Source of the DNA: an uncultured Verrucomicrobiae bacterium
Lineage (GTDB): Bacteria; Verrucomicrobiota; Verrucomicrobiia; Chthoniobacterales; UBA10450
Direction of reading: 5' to 3'
DNA length: 64,000 nt
Assembly (NCBI GenBank): GCA_963801815.1
Contig: CAWDGJ010000003.1
Coordinates: 256,001-320,000 of the forward strand
In this document: piece by piece, positions 18,388 through 28,053 of the stretch
Numbering within the stretch: the first letter of the stretch is position 1
How the letters are laid out: every line of letters begins with the position of its first letter
Made by a program: the position numbers and the translations under genes
Notes under the pieces: generated by a model
The model's input: the letters and a program-made list of their open reading frames with translations, nothing else
Told to the model about the DNA's origin: nothing
Databases searched by the model: none

Positions 18388-19550
18388 TAAACGTCACGCT
18401 TGTAACGCTTATCGGTCTTAAGCTTCTCGACGTAGGCGTTCGCTTCTTCGATCGATTTGCCGCCGTGCTCCTGCACGATCTTGCGTAGTGCGGCATCGAC
18501 ATCTTTGGCCATTCGCCGCGCGTCGCCGCAGACAAAAAACTGCGCACCATCGCTGTCGATCCATTTCCAGATTTCGGCAGCATGCTCGAGCATTTTGTTT
18601 TGCACGTAAATCTTGTGCGCTTGATCTCGCGACCACGCGCAGTCGAGCCGAGTGAGCAGACCGTCTTTAGTGAAACGTTCCCAATCTTCCTTGTAGGCGT
18701 AATCGCATTTCTCGCGCTGCGCGCCGAAGAAGAGCCAGTTCTTGCCTTTGGCGCCGAGCGCCTGCCGCTCCTGCAAGAACGCGCGAAACGGCGCGATGCC
18801 CGTGCCGGGTCCGATCATGATCAGCGGAATGTTTCCATCTTCCGGCATATGAAAATGTTTCGCCGAGCTCGGATAAACGGGGACCGGAACGTCGTCTGCG
18901 CGCTCGGCCATAAACGCTGAACAAACACCTTTGCGAACGCGGCCGCGGCTCTCGTACTTCACCACATCGACGATAAAGTGCACGGCGTCGGGAAAAACCC
19001 GCAGGCTCGATGCGACAGAGTACAATCGGGGCTGTAATTTTGTAAGCAGGCCGACGAATTCTGCAGGCGTGAATTTCGCCGATGGATGGTCGAGCAGGAA
19101 GTCGATCACTTCCGCGCCCCAGAGATAATTCTCCAGATCGTGTTTGCGATCCGGATGTAGCAATTCTTTCAGCATCGGCGCGGCCGCCGCGCGTTCCGCG
19201 ATCGCCTTCAAGAATTTCGGCGTCGGTTGCGTGATCGAGTAATCGCGCAGCAATGCTTCACGCAACGGTTTCGTCGTTTTCGCGGCCGTTACCGGCTCGT
19301 CGCCCTTTGCACCGAGCACGCGAATGATCTCTTCGACGAGCGGCGGATCGTTGGTCGGATAAACCGCGACCGAATCGCCGGGTTCAAAGCTCAGTCCCCA
19401 ATTCGTCAGATCGATTTCGAAATGGCGGGTGTCCTTTTCCGACTCCGGCGCGCTCAATCGCCGGTTGACGACCAGTTTTCCAGGAAATGGGTTTTGCCGA
19501 GTCCATTGCGAAGCGGACGCCGGTTTTGCTGGGGCACTGACTTCAGACAT
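18384..19550 (-). CDS. CysJ-like FAD/NADPH reductase lacking the flavodoxin domain
   Basis: RLYSVASS; GVCS; MIGPGTGIAPF; YVQ; CGDARRMAKDV; RYKRDVY; only 388 aa. Confidence 0.88.
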   Translation of the reverse strand: MSEVSAPAKPASASQWTRQNPFPGKLVVNRRLSAPESEKDTRHFEIDLTNWGLSFEPGDSVAVYPTNDPPLVEEIIRVLGAKGDEPVTAAKTTKPLREALLRDYSITQPTPKFLKAIAERAAAAPMLKELLHPDRKHDLENYLWGAEVIDFLLDHPSAKFTPAEFVGLLTKLQPRLYSVASSLRVFPDAVHFIVDVVKYESRGRVRKGVCSAFMAERADDVPVPVYPSSAKHFHMPEDGNIPLIMIGPGTGIAPFRAFLQERQALGAKGKNWLFFGAQREKCDYAYKEDWERFTKDGLLTRLDCAWSRDQAHKIYVQNKMLEHAAEIWKWIDSDGAQFFVCGDARRMAKDVDAALRKIVQEHGGKSIEEANAYVEKLKTDKRYKRDVY

Positions 19551-19638
19551 GGTGCCTTCTGTAACGGCGGTCTAGGATCGTCGCAAATTTTTAGTGCGAC
19601 GACCTCGGCCATCTATTGCACTTTGCGTTTGGAACGCT

Positions 19639-19869
19639 TTAACCGTCGTTGCCGATCGCCAGCGTCGGACAAACTTCCATGGCGCGCTGGGCAGCCGCGC
19701 TTTCTGCGTCCCCTCCAGGTTGCTTTGCGAAATAAGCGGCCGTTTCATCGGCGTTGGTCTTCAAAAGCATCGGCGCTTCTTCAAGGCAGGTGCGGCACAT
19801 CGTGCATGTCGTGTCGACGTACCACGCTCCCGGAACATTCAAAGGCTGCTTGCTACGCTTGTCCGCCAT
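19639..19869 (-). CDS. Single-cluster ferredoxin (Fer4_13-like)
   Basis: NVPGAWYVDTTCTMCRTC...CPT (CxxCxxC plus CP). ATG at 19869. Confidence 0.85.
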   Translation of the reverse strand: MADKRSKQPLNVPGAWYVDTTCTMCRTCLEEAPMLLKTNADETAAYFAKQPGGDAESAAAQRAMEVCPTLAIGNDG

Positions 19870-20059
19870 GGCGTGCGTTGTACTAAATGAAAAAGAGCGG
19901 CGCAATCTCTTAGCGAGGTCACGCTAGTTTCGCGGCGTCGGAATCGCACTCGATTCAACTTCGGGTCGTCATCTTTCTCAGCGATCCAGCGGTTGCGGGT
20001 TGGCGCGACGACTCTAAACTCACGCCAGCGTGTTCGAGTGCGAATCGACGCGCTCGAGC

Positions 20060-21451
20060 ATGCCTAACGAATACGAATCGCCGATTGGAGATCGTCCGGA
20101 GATTTGCGGCGCGGTAGTGCCGCCGAAACACGATCCCTACGCCGCATTCCGTTCACGCGGGTTCCGTTTCTTCACGACCGGCAATGTGTTGTCGATCATC
20201 GGCCGGCAAATGCTGGCGGTTGCGGTGGAGTGGGAAATTTATCGACGCACCCATTCCGCAACCGCGCTCGGGCTGGTCGGTCTCGTCTTCGCGATTGCGA
20301 TTGTCGGTCTATCGTTACCGGCGGGACATCTCGCCGACAGGATCAGCCGAAAGCAGATCATTCTTGTTTCTCAAATTTTCAGCGCGATTACGTCGGCGCT
20401 GCTCGCGCTGGTTTCATGGCAACATCTTGCCATCCCGCAGTTTTCGATTTTGCGCGCGGGCAATCGAGGGCTCACCGCGATCGCCGCGGTCTTCGAGAAA
20501 CATGACCAAACATTTCACTTCGACGACGCATCGATTCCGATCATCTATCTCTTGCTTTTTCTCGGCGCGATAGCCCGCACGTTTTCATGGGCGGCGCGAA
20601 GTTCATTTTTTCCGACGCTGGTGCCTCGCGACGCGTTTTCAAATGCCGTGACCTGGAACAGCAGTGTATTTCAAATCGGTTCGGTCGTTGGTCCCGCGCT
20701 CAGCGGTTTTGTGGTCGCGCACCGGGGTTTTCCGATCGTCTACGCAATCGACGCAATTACCTCGACATTGTTTTTCCTGCTGGTGTTGCCAATTCCGCGC
20801 GCGCCGCAGGCGGGAGAACGGAAGGAGCAAAGCACCTGGCACAGTTTGGTCGCAGGAGCGAAATTCGTGTTCAGCAAAAAAGTTATCCTCGCCACCATCA
20901 CGCTCGACTTGTTTGCGGTTTTACTAGGCGGATCGGTCGCTCTGTTGCCAATCTTTGCCGATCAAATTCTCCACTGCGGTCCAGTGGGTCTTGGTTGGCT
21001 GCGGGCCGCGCCGGCGATTGGCGCGTTCGCAACAGCGCTTTTGGTCGCGTACTTGCCGCCGATGCGGCAGGCCGGCAAAAGGTTGCTTTGGTGCGTTGCC
21101 GGATTCGGAATCGCCACCATCGTCTTCGGATTATCGAAGGCGTTTTGGCTTTCGTTGTTAATGCTCTTCATCGCGGGCGCGGTCGACAGCGTGAGTGTGA
21201 TTATTCGCGGCTCTATTGTGCAGTTAGTGACACCGGATGAAATGCGCGGTCGCGTTTCGTCCGTAAATAATATCTTCATCGGGACCTCGAACGAATTCGG
21301 CGCGCTTGAATCGGGGTTAACGGCAGCTTTGTTTGGCCCGGTTATTTCAGTGGTCGGCGGTGGAATTGGAACAATTCTGGTCGTTCTCGGCGCTGCCTGG
21401 AAATGGCCGGAGATCCGCAAAATCGGCGCGCTCGACCGGAATTTGAGGTAG
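20060..21451 (+). CDS. MFS transporter (EntS/DHA3-like)
   Basis: GHLADRISRK motif A; TLDLFAVLLGG; TPDEMRGRV; about 12 TM segments. Confidence 0.9.
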   Translation: MPNEYESPIGDRPEICGAVVPPKHDPYAAFRSRGFRFFTTGNVLSIIGRQMLAVAVEWEIYRRTHSATALGLVGLVFAIAIVGLSLPAGHLADRISRKQIILVSQIFSAITSALLALVSWQHLAIPQFSILRAGNRGLTAIAAVFEKHDQTFHFDDASIPIIYLLLFLGAIARTFSWAARSSFFPTLVPRDAFSNAVTWNSSVFQIGSVVGPALSGFVVAHRGFPIVYAIDAITSTLFFLLVLPIPRAPQAGERKEQSTWHSLVAGAKFVFSKKVILATITLDLFAVLLGGSVALLPIFADQILHCGPVGLGWLRAAPAIGAFATALLVAYLPPMRQAGKRLLWCVAGFGIATIVFGLSKAFWLSLLMLFIAGAVDSVSVIIRGSIVQLVTPDEMRGRVSSVNNIFIGTSNEFGALESGLTAALFGPVISVVGGGIGTILVVLGAAWKWPEIRKIGALDRNLR

Positions 21452-21452
21452 G

Positions 21453-21516
21453 CTGTGGAGGCAGCCGTTTCGGCTGGATTCAAAGAATGTTGCAGGCAGG
21501 ACGCCTGCCGCCACAG
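21453..21516. repeat. REP-like palindrome with two internal hairpins
   Basis: CTGTGGAGGCAG ... CTGCCGCCACAG terminal IR (1 mismatch); internal CAGCCG-TTT-CGGCTG and GCAGGC-AGGAC-GCCTGC. Confidence 0.75.
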
Positions 21517-21525
21517 AATTGAGGG

Positions 21526-22320
21526 ATGAAAGTTGCGGTGGCCCAGATTTCCTGCGCGCTCGGAGATTTTGACGCGAACCTGCGTAAGATTCGTGACTTT
21601 TCTGCACGGGCGAAAAATTCTGGCGCGGAGTTGATTGTTTTTCCGGAAATGTCCGACACCGGATACTCGATGCCGATCATCCGGAAACACGCCAAGCCCT
21701 GGAAGGAAGGCGCGGCCAGTGAGCTCCTACAAATCGCAAGAGAGAACTCGATCGCAATCATCGCCGGAATTTCGGATCGCGAGGGCGATTCCATCTTCAA
21801 CGCCCAGGTCTTAGTGAATGCACGCGGCGACGTTCTTGCGAAATATCGCAAGACTCACCTTGTGACCGCTGCGCCGCTGGATGAGCGCGTTTGTTTTTCG
21901 CCGGGGAACGAATTCGTCACCTGTAAGATTAACCACTTTGTTGTTGGCTTGAGTATTTGTTACGATCTGCGATTTCCAGAAATGGCGCGAACGCTTGTCG
22001 TGAAGCACGGCGCCAACCTGATCGTAAATTCCTCTGCCTGGCCGATTGTGCGCGCCGAACATTTGCGAATCCTTGCACTCGCGCGCGCGGTGGAAAATCA
22101 ATGTTACTTCATCATTGCCAATCGCGTCGGGACGGACGACGGCGTCACCCTGTGCGGTTCTTCCGTGATTGTTGATCCGTCCGGAAAAATTCTAGCGACT
22201 GCGTCGAGCGATCGCGAAGAGTTAATCCAGGGCGAGATCTCGATCGACGTGATCGCCGACGTGCGGAAGAAAGTCCCGGCGTTTGCCCATCGCCGCGGTG
22301 AGTTGTACAACATGCCCTGA
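21526..22320 (+). CDS. Carbon-nitrogen hydrolase (nitrilase superfamily, Nit/omega-amidase-like)
   Basis: E-K-C triad: FPEM, YRKTHL, ICYDLRFPE; ARAVENQ. Confidence 0.9.
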   Translation: MKVAVAQISCALGDFDANLRKIRDFSARAKNSGAELIVFPEMSDTGYSMPIIRKHAKPWKEGAASELLQIARENSIAIIAGISDREGDSIFNAQVLVNARGDVLAKYRKTHLVTAAPLDERVCFSPGNEFVTCKINHFVVGLSICYDLRFPEMARTLVVKHGANLIVNSSAWPIVRAEHLRILALARAVENQCYFIIANRVGTDDGVTLCGSSVIVDPSGKILATASSDREELIQGEISIDVIADVRKKVPAFAHRRGELYNMP

Positions 22321-22359
22321 AACGGCCAATCACCGCCGCGCGCTCGATTCACTAGCGGA

Positions 22360-22749
22360 ATGAAGGCAAATCGCATTTGTATCGCCCTAGCGGCCGCGGT
22401 TGCGTTTTCCGGCGTTTGTCTGGCCGAAGAGAATTCAACTCCGCAACAAGTGTTCGATGGAATGCGCGAGAGTTTCCAGGCGGACAAGGCAAAGGGTGTG
22501 CACGCGAAATATCAGTGGGAATTAAGCGGGCCGAATGGCGGCGATTGGTGGATCGACGTTGAAGACGGAAAATTCACCATGGGTAAGGGTAAGATCGACA
22601 GTCCGACGGTGACATTCATCACGAGCGACAACGATTGGGTGGCAATGTGCAACGGCAAGCTTAAGGGAACCTGGGCCTTTATGACTGGCCGCTTGAAAGT
22701 ACACGGTCCGCAGTCCGTGGCGCGAAAGCTGGACGAAATATTCCCTTAA
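22360..22749 (+). CDS. SCP2 sterol/lipid-binding domain protein with signal peptide
   Basis: N-terminal AxA-type signal; YQWELSG..GG.W; AFMTGRLKVHG SCP2 C-terminal motif. Confidence 0.8.
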   Translation: MKANRICIALAAAVAFSGVCLAEENSTPQQVFDGMRESFQADKAKGVHAKYQWELSGPNGGDWWIDVEDGKFTMGKGKIDSPTVTFITSDNDWVAMCNGKLKGTWAFMTGRLKVHGPQSVARKLDEIFP

Positions 22750-23696
22750 AACTTCGCTTCGACGGCTAGGCGCACATACGGCGCCGGGTCCGTCTTGACC
22801 GCTGCCTCGGCGCGGAAGAAATCGAAATCGCGTCTAACCGTGCAGCCGACATCCAGCGTGATGTCGAAGGGTTTAAAATGAGAATAAGTTGCCTGTACTC
22901 CAGTTCGGATTTCACTGTACTGCACAATCGGATCGTGGACCACAAGTTTGGCTGCCGGCGTGATTACGTTGTCCGTGCGAAAGCTCGCGTAGTACAAATC
23001 TCCCGCCACCCGAAATTCCCAGTCGTCATTGGGATTGTAAACCAGCGCCGGTTTCGGAAACACGCCTTCGAGGCGCAAATGATCGGTGAAAAGCCAAATC
23101 AATCCGCCGCCCGGCGCGGCAATTGGGTTTGAATTGATGGCTCCCCCGGCACCGATCACTCCATAAATTTTGTCCTTCTGGAGCGGAAACGTGACCCAAA
23201 CCTTCCAGGGAATATCAAACGCGTCGCTATTGGCGTGATCCTCGAAATAAACGCCGGGGTCGAGCTCAATCCCAGCGCCCGCGTGATCTTTGTAAATATA
23301 CTCGTAGGCAACCAGTGCGTGAATGGTCTGCAAATGATCTGGGAGTCCATTGTTGCCACCTATGACCGCGCCCGTTGGAGACAAATGATTCGGCCCATTG
23401 TCGCCACCGAAATCGAAGCGCTCATACTCAGCGCCGATCCGCAAATACCAGTTCCCGGTAATCAAAAATCGGTGCGCGTAACTGATATCGTTGTAGAGCG
23501 AATCGCCGTCTCCGAACTTACCGTTGTAATGTTTAAAGTCGCTGTCGCCGGTGTAGGTCGTCTCGTAGTTGAAGATTTCCGTAGAATTCTGCTCTGCTGG
23601 ACTCGGCGCCGGTTGCAATTCCGGGCCCGCGCCGGCAAACGCGGATAGAGCAAAATTAAGAAAAGGAAGGGTTAAGGCGAGGCGAAGGCGATTCAT
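22746..23696 (-). CDS. Outer-membrane beta-barrel protein (DUF6268-like)
   Basis: Signal peptide; amphipathic aromatic-rich strands; FPKPAL.Y; C-terminal Phe (EAKF). Confidence 0.7.
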   Translation of the reverse strand: MNRLRLALTLPFLNFALSAFAGAGPELQPAPSPAEQNSTEIFNYETTYTGDSDFKHYNGKFGDGDSLYNDISYAHRFLITGNWYLRIGAEYERFDFGGDNGPNHLSPTGAVIGGNNGLPDHLQTIHALVAYEYIYKDHAGAGIELDPGVYFEDHANSDAFDIPWKVWVTFPLQKDKIYGVIGAGGAINSNPIAAPGGGLIWLFTDHLRLEGVFPKPALVYNPNDDWEFRVAGDLYYASFRTDNVITPAAKLVVHDPIVQYSEIRTGVQATYSHFKPFDITLDVGCTVRRDFDFFRAEAAVKTDPAPYVRLAVEAKF

Positions 23697-23848
23697 AATT
23701 TTGACCAGGCGGGTTGTCGACCCTGTATACGCAGGTGCCAGGCCAACTCCGTGTATCGCAATTCGGTATTCTCAGCAAGTCCTAGAATTGTACGATTGCG
23801 AGACTTGCCTGATTTAGCGACATTTTTCGACTCCAGGACGATCGGAGG

Positions 23849-23876
23849 TTGACTGGCTTGATGTTCATTTTACATT
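23849..23876 (+). promoter_or_regulatory. Candidate sigma70-type promoter for the PAP2 gene
   Basis: TTGACT-N16-TACATT just upstream of 23890. Confidence 0.4.
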
Positions 23877-23889
23877 CCACCTCCCGCCT

Positions 23890-24576
23890 GTGATAACTCC
23901 CCCTTTAGCAATGGTGAATCCGGTCGCTGGTCTCGACCATGGTGTCGCACTGTGGTTTCATGCTCATCTCACCCATAAATTCGTGGCGGTGTTGCGGGCG
24001 ATCACAGAATTCGGTTCGAGTGAATGGATCGGCATTGTCCTGTCGTTAGCCGTGTTGTTTTTTCTTTTGAAGCGGTGGTGGCTTTCCCTCGCCACCCTGG
24101 TGATAGCAGTTCCGGGCGGAATGTTACTGAACGAGTTGGTAAAAGTTTTGGTGCATCGACACCGGCCGTTTGTCGACGGATGGTTTGTGGATTGGTCGGG
24201 TTACAGTTTCGCCAGCGGACACACGATCGGCGCGACCTTGCTTTACGGACAAGTCGCTCTGTTTCTCGTCCCGGTGATCAAGAGTCGGCGCGGTCGGGTT
24301 TTGCTTTTTTCGTTGGCGACACTTGTTATCGCCCTGGTGGGTTTTAGCCGAATTGCGCTTGGCGCACATTATTTTACGGATGTCTTAGCGGGAATGTTTT
24401 TGGGATCGGTCTGGCTCTCACTCTGTTTTGTCGTTTCGCGGCCGCTGCGACGAATCAGTTTGGTGCCGGTTATCGAAAACGTCTTGCCGGAACCGGAGCA
24501 CGAGTTGGTCCCGGCGCCGGTATCGGTTCAGGCAGATGTGATTATCACGCCCTCGGCACAAAATTCTTTCGTTTAG
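23890..24576 (+). CDS. PAP2-family phosphatase (undecaprenyl-PP or lipid phosphatase)
   Basis: K..VHRHRP; YSFASGH; SRIALGAHYFTDV. Confidence 0.88.
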   Translation: MITPPLAMVNPVAGLDHGVALWFHAHLTHKFVAVLRAITEFGSSEWIGIVLSLAVLFFLLKRWWLSLATLVIAVPGGMLLNELVKVLVHRHRPFVDGWFVDWSGYSFASGHTIGATLLYGQVALFLVPVIKSRRGRVLLFSLATLVIALVGFSRIALGAHYFTDVLAGMFLGSVWLSLCFVVSRPLRRISLVPVIENVLPEPEHELVPAPVSVQADVIITPSAQNSFV

Positions 24577-24650
24577 GCCGCTTTGGCCATCCGGCAACGC
24601 GAGCATCCGCGTTCCGTGTTAGCATTCGCGTCGTACCGGCGCTTCAAAGA

Positions 24651-25682
24651 ATGAAGGTTCCGAACAAAGTTCGTCTAACTTTTTATCTGCTTGGCTTTGC
24701 CGGAGCGGCGCTTTTCACCACGCTGCTAATTCGAGAAGGCGCTGCTCAAATCGGTTCCGCGATCGCGACCGCAGGTTGGGCGCTGCTTATCGTTATAGCC
24801 TATCATTTTTTGGTTCCAGTGCTTCTCGACACGTTTGCCTGGTGGGTCTTGTTTCCGCGAGCTGAGCGTCCGCCATTGCGAAAATTGTATTGGATGCGCT
24901 GGGTTGGGGAATCGGTCAGCACGCTCGTGCCGTCAGCTGCAGTCGGCGGTGACATCGTTCGCGCGCGATTGGCGGCGATTCACGGCACGCCCGTGGCAAC
25001 GTCGGCTGCAACTGTGCTGGTCGACCTTACGCTCGGGGTTTTTACGCAGGCAGCTTTTACGTTGCTCGGGGTTGTTCTTCTGGTCATCACCACCGGCCAG
25101 AGAAATTTTGTCGGCCCTACAATCATCGGCATCGTTGTCGGCGTTGTTGCCGTCGGCGGTTTTTATTTTGTCCAACGGCTCGGCATGTTTCGTTTTCTAG
25201 CGCGAATGATCGCAAAGCTGGCGAATTCGCCCGAATGGCAGTCGCTTATCCACAGTGGCGCGACCCTCGACGAAACTGTTCGATCACTCTACGGCCGGCG
25301 CCGCGCAGTGATGGCTTGTTGTGGGTGGACAATTCTCTCGCTCATCCTCAATTCAGGGGAAATCTGGATCGCGATGTGGGCCTTGAACCTGCACGCGACG
25401 CTGGTGAATGCGGTAATTTTGCAGAGCATGGCGCTAACAATTCGCTCAGCCGCTTTCGCCGTGCCGGCCGGACTCGGAGTGCAAGAAGGCGGCTACGTGG
25501 TTGTGGCTTGCCTTCTCGGAATCGCAAGCGATCCCTCAAAATGCGGAGAAATCGGCTTTGCCTTGTCGGTCATCGCGCGTGTGCGTGAGCTCGGTTTCGG
25601 AATTCCCGGCTTGATCATCTGGCAATTGATTGAAGGTCGACGTTTACTGCGAACGCGCACCGAAGAAACGGCCTTGTCGTAA
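24651..25682 (+). CDS. Lysylphosphatidylglycerol-synthase-TM / HpnL-like flippase-type membrane protein
   Basis: RWVGESV..LVPSAAVGGD; VPAGLGVQEGG; multiple TM segments. Confidence 0.75.
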   Translation: MKVPNKVRLTFYLLGFAGAALFTTLLIREGAAQIGSAIATAGWALLIVIAYHFLVPVLLDTFAWWVLFPRAERPPLRKLYWMRWVGESVSTLVPSAAVGGDIVRARLAAIHGTPVATSAATVLVDLTLGVFTQAAFTLLGVVLLVITTGQRNFVGPTIIGIVVGVVAVGGFYFVQRLGMFRFLARMIAKLANSPEWQSLIHSGATLDETVRSLYGRRRAVMACCGWTILSLILNSGEIWIAMWALNLHATLVNAVILQSMALTIRSAAFAVPAGLGVQEGGYVVVACLLGIASDPSKCGEIGFALSVIARVRELGFGIPGLIIWQLIEGRRLLRTRTEETALS

Positions 25683-26587
25683 AGTTTCAGTTTGCCAATT
25701 GCACGACTTAAGTTTGCAAGTTGTCGTTTCACCTTCGCAGGATTTGTGAAGTTAGTTCTCACGCCCCACCAGATCCACGCCAGCCCGCCGGGCAGATTGA
25801 GTTGTTGTTTGAGCTGCGCGATCACTTCGCGATCGCTGTAGGCCTCGAGAAATGTGGTCGCAAATGGCAACCATTGCCGGCTTGGCACTGTTCCAACCAA
25901 ATCGAGCAAGAACACGAGTAAGTCGTCAGCCTGCCGCGCCGCTGCCGACAACGACTTTTCGTGGTAGATCTCAAAGTCGATCAAACGCGCGCGATTCGTC
26001 TTAGTTTCGTAGATTACGTTTGTCACGCTGGCATCGCCGTGCGACCAACGGTCCCGGAATTCATCGCTCCAAAATTGGTGGGCGCGATGCAGTTCCACTG
26101 CCGCCGCGCGCAACATCGGTCGTGTCAGCGTCCCGCGATTCAGGTGGTCCCATAAACTTTCGCCTGGAAGTTTATCGGCGATAACTGTGCGCACACCCGA
26201 ATTACGCGCTTGAAAACAGTCCCCGTTGAGCATTTCGAAGCAATCGACCTCCCATCGCTGCCAGTCTTCAACCTTGCTCCAGAAGCGGATCGGAATTCCG
26301 GAGAAAAGAAAATAAAGGTTTGTGAGTTCGGCCAGCTGTTCGCTGTGAATATTTCGGCGTTTCACCACGACCGGACGTTTTCGCCGGACTTTTTCAGAAA
26401 CGGAGTTGATCGCGATCGTTTCGACCAGTTTTGTAGCGGCCGTCGCCAAGGCTTGCGGCGCCTCTCCGATCTTGCTCGCTGCAATGATCAAACCGGTTGG
26501 AACCAGATTCTCAACCAGTGGAGCTCCATCCCCTAAAATTCCCATCTTCGCTTTTCTCTTCGACGATTTTGATCGCGTTTGCTTCAA
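25493..26587 (-). CDS. Protein-kinase-like (APH/Kdo-WaaP-type) hypothetical protein
   Basis: VVVKR; HGDASVTN catalytic loop; LIDFE. Overlaps the convergent gene by about 190 nt. Confidence 0.6.
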   Translation of the reverse strand: MKQTRSKSSKRKAKMGILGDGAPLVENLVPTGLIIAASKIGEAPQALATAATKLVETIAINSVSEKVRRKRPVVVKRRNIHSEQLAELTNLYFLFSGIPIRFWSKVEDWQRWEVDCFEMLNGDCFQARNSGVRTVIADKLPGESLWDHLNRGTLTRPMLRAAAVELHRAHQFWSDEFRDRWSHGDASVTNVIYETKTNRARLIDFEIYHEKSLSAAARQADDLLVFLLDLVGTVPSRQWLPFATTFLEAYSDREVIAQLKQQLNLPGGLAWIWWGVRTNFTNPAKVKRQLANLSRAIGKLKLYDKAVSSVRVRSKRRPSINCQMIKPGIPKPSSRTRAMTDKAKPISPHFEGSLAIPRRQATTT

Positions 26588-26605
26588 TTTTTTCTCGTCG
26601 AAAAC

Positions 26606-27349
26606 TCAAACTATAATCGTTTCTCCAACTTTCATTACGCGTAACTCCGTTTTTGCGCCGGACGTTTTCAATTCAGCACTGAATTCCTCGGGTGTTCCAG
26701 TAAGGACCGGAAACGTGCCATAGTGCATCGGAATGGCGAGGCGCGGACCGACCGCCTTCACAGCATCCGCCGCCTGTGCCGGTCCCATCGTGAAATGATC
26801 TCCAATGCAAACGAGCATGATGTCGACCTTCTTGTAATCGGAAACGCGCGCGATGTCGGAAAAGAAACCGGTGTCGCCGGTGTGATAGATGGTTGGCCCA
26901 TTCCGGAGGGACATGACGAGTCCGGTTGGCATTCCCGCTCCAACCGGCGGCGAATTTTCATCCTTTCGCACGGTCGATCCATGCCAGGCGGGAACGAACC
27001 AGACCGTCAGTTCACCGTTGAGCAATTTGAGTTGTCCGCCGATGTGTCCGGTTGTCTCGGCGCTGGCTTGATCGGCTGGATAACCAAGCACGCTCACCAC
27101 CGCAGCTGACAAATCAAAATTCGCAACCAGCTTCGCGCCTGTTCTCTTTCCGATCTCGACCGAGTCGCCGACGTGGTCTCCGTGACCATGCGTGAGCAAA
27201 ATGAGATCGACACTTTGGAGGTTTGCGAGTTCCTCCTTGCCTTTGTCGAAAACGGGATTGGTCAGCCACGGATCGATCAAAAAAGTCTTCCCACCGGGCG
27301 TAAGGATCTTGAAGCCGGACTGCCCGTACCAGCTAAGTTGCGTTGCCAT
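26606..27349 (-). CDS. Metal-dependent hydrolase (UPF0173, MBL fold)
   Basis: WYGQS; IDPWL; THGHGDH; AWH; YHTGDT; PMHYGTF. ATG at 27349. Confidence 0.88.
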   Translation of the reverse strand: MATQLSWYGQSGFKILTPGGKTFLIDPWLTNPVFDKGKEELANLQSVDLILLTHGHGDHVGDSVEIGKRTGAKLVANFDLSAAVVSVLGYPADQASAETTGHIGGQLKLLNGELTVWFVPAWHGSTVRKDENSPPVGAGMPTGLVMSLRNGPTIYHTGDTGFFSDIARVSDYKKVDIMLVCIGDHFTMGPAQAADAVKAVGPRLAIPMHYGTFPVLTGTPEEFSAELKTSGAKTELRVMKVGETIIV

Positions 27350-27414
27350 TTTCTCATCAAAACGAAAACGAGCGGTTGAGCAAAATATTTTCCTGAGCGA
27401 AAGAAAGCTCACGC

Positions 27415-28053
27415 ATGGTTACTCCGGAGGAACACTTGTCCGCAACGGATCCTCGGATGGCCGCGCTCATCGCGCGTTCGGTTCGTTACAACGTAAAGCC
27501 AGGCGGATTAGTCCGCCCGTTCGACGCACTCGCTGAATCGATCGCTTATCAACAACTCAGCGGCAAAGCGGCGGCCACGATCTGGAAGCGCGTGCGCGCG
27601 CTCTACCCAAAAAGAAAATATCTCGATCCGCGATTGGTGCTCGCCACACCGGACAAAAAACTTCGCGGTGCGGGCTTATCGCGCAGCAAGGTAGCGGCGA
27701 TTAAAGACCTCGCCGCTAAGACAATCGATGGTACCGTGCCGACTGCGCGCGCTCTGGAAAAAATGAGTGACGACGAAATTATTGCGCAGCTGATCACGGT
27801 CCGCGGAATTGGGCGCTGGACTGTCGAGATGCTGCTTCTCTTCGATCTTGGCCGGCCTGACGTCTGGCCAGTGCACGATTATGGCGTCCAGAAAGGGTTC
27901 GCGAAAACGTTTGGGAAACGAAAGCTTCCGAAGCCGAAACAGCTCTTGAAGCTTGGCGAGAGATTTCGGCCCCATCGTTCGGTAGCGGCGTGGTACTTTT
28001 GGCGCGCGTTGGACGCTCCGGAAAAAACAAATCGCTTCGATGCAGAATCGTGA
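27415..28053 (+). CDS. alkA: DNA-3-methyladenine glycosylase II (AlkA-like, HhH-GPD)
   Basis: IAYQQLSGKAA; GLSRSK; VRGIGRWTVEM; PDVWPVHD; PHRSVAAWYFW. Confidence 0.88.
   Translation: MVTPEEHLSATDPRMAALIARSVRYNVKPGGLVRPFDALAESIAYQQLSGKAAATIWKRVRALYPKRKYLDPRLVLATPDKKLRGAGLSRSKVAAIKDLAAKTIDGTVPTARALEKMSDDEIIAQLITVRGIGRWTVEMLLLFDLGRPDVWPVHDYGVQKGFAKTFGKRKLPKPKQLLKLGERFRPHRSVAAWYFWRALDAPEKTNRFDAES

Noticed and set aside
19870..20059. Possible structured RNA between the ferredoxin and MFS genes
   Set aside because: No convincing stems or known motif; explained as a divergent promoter region.
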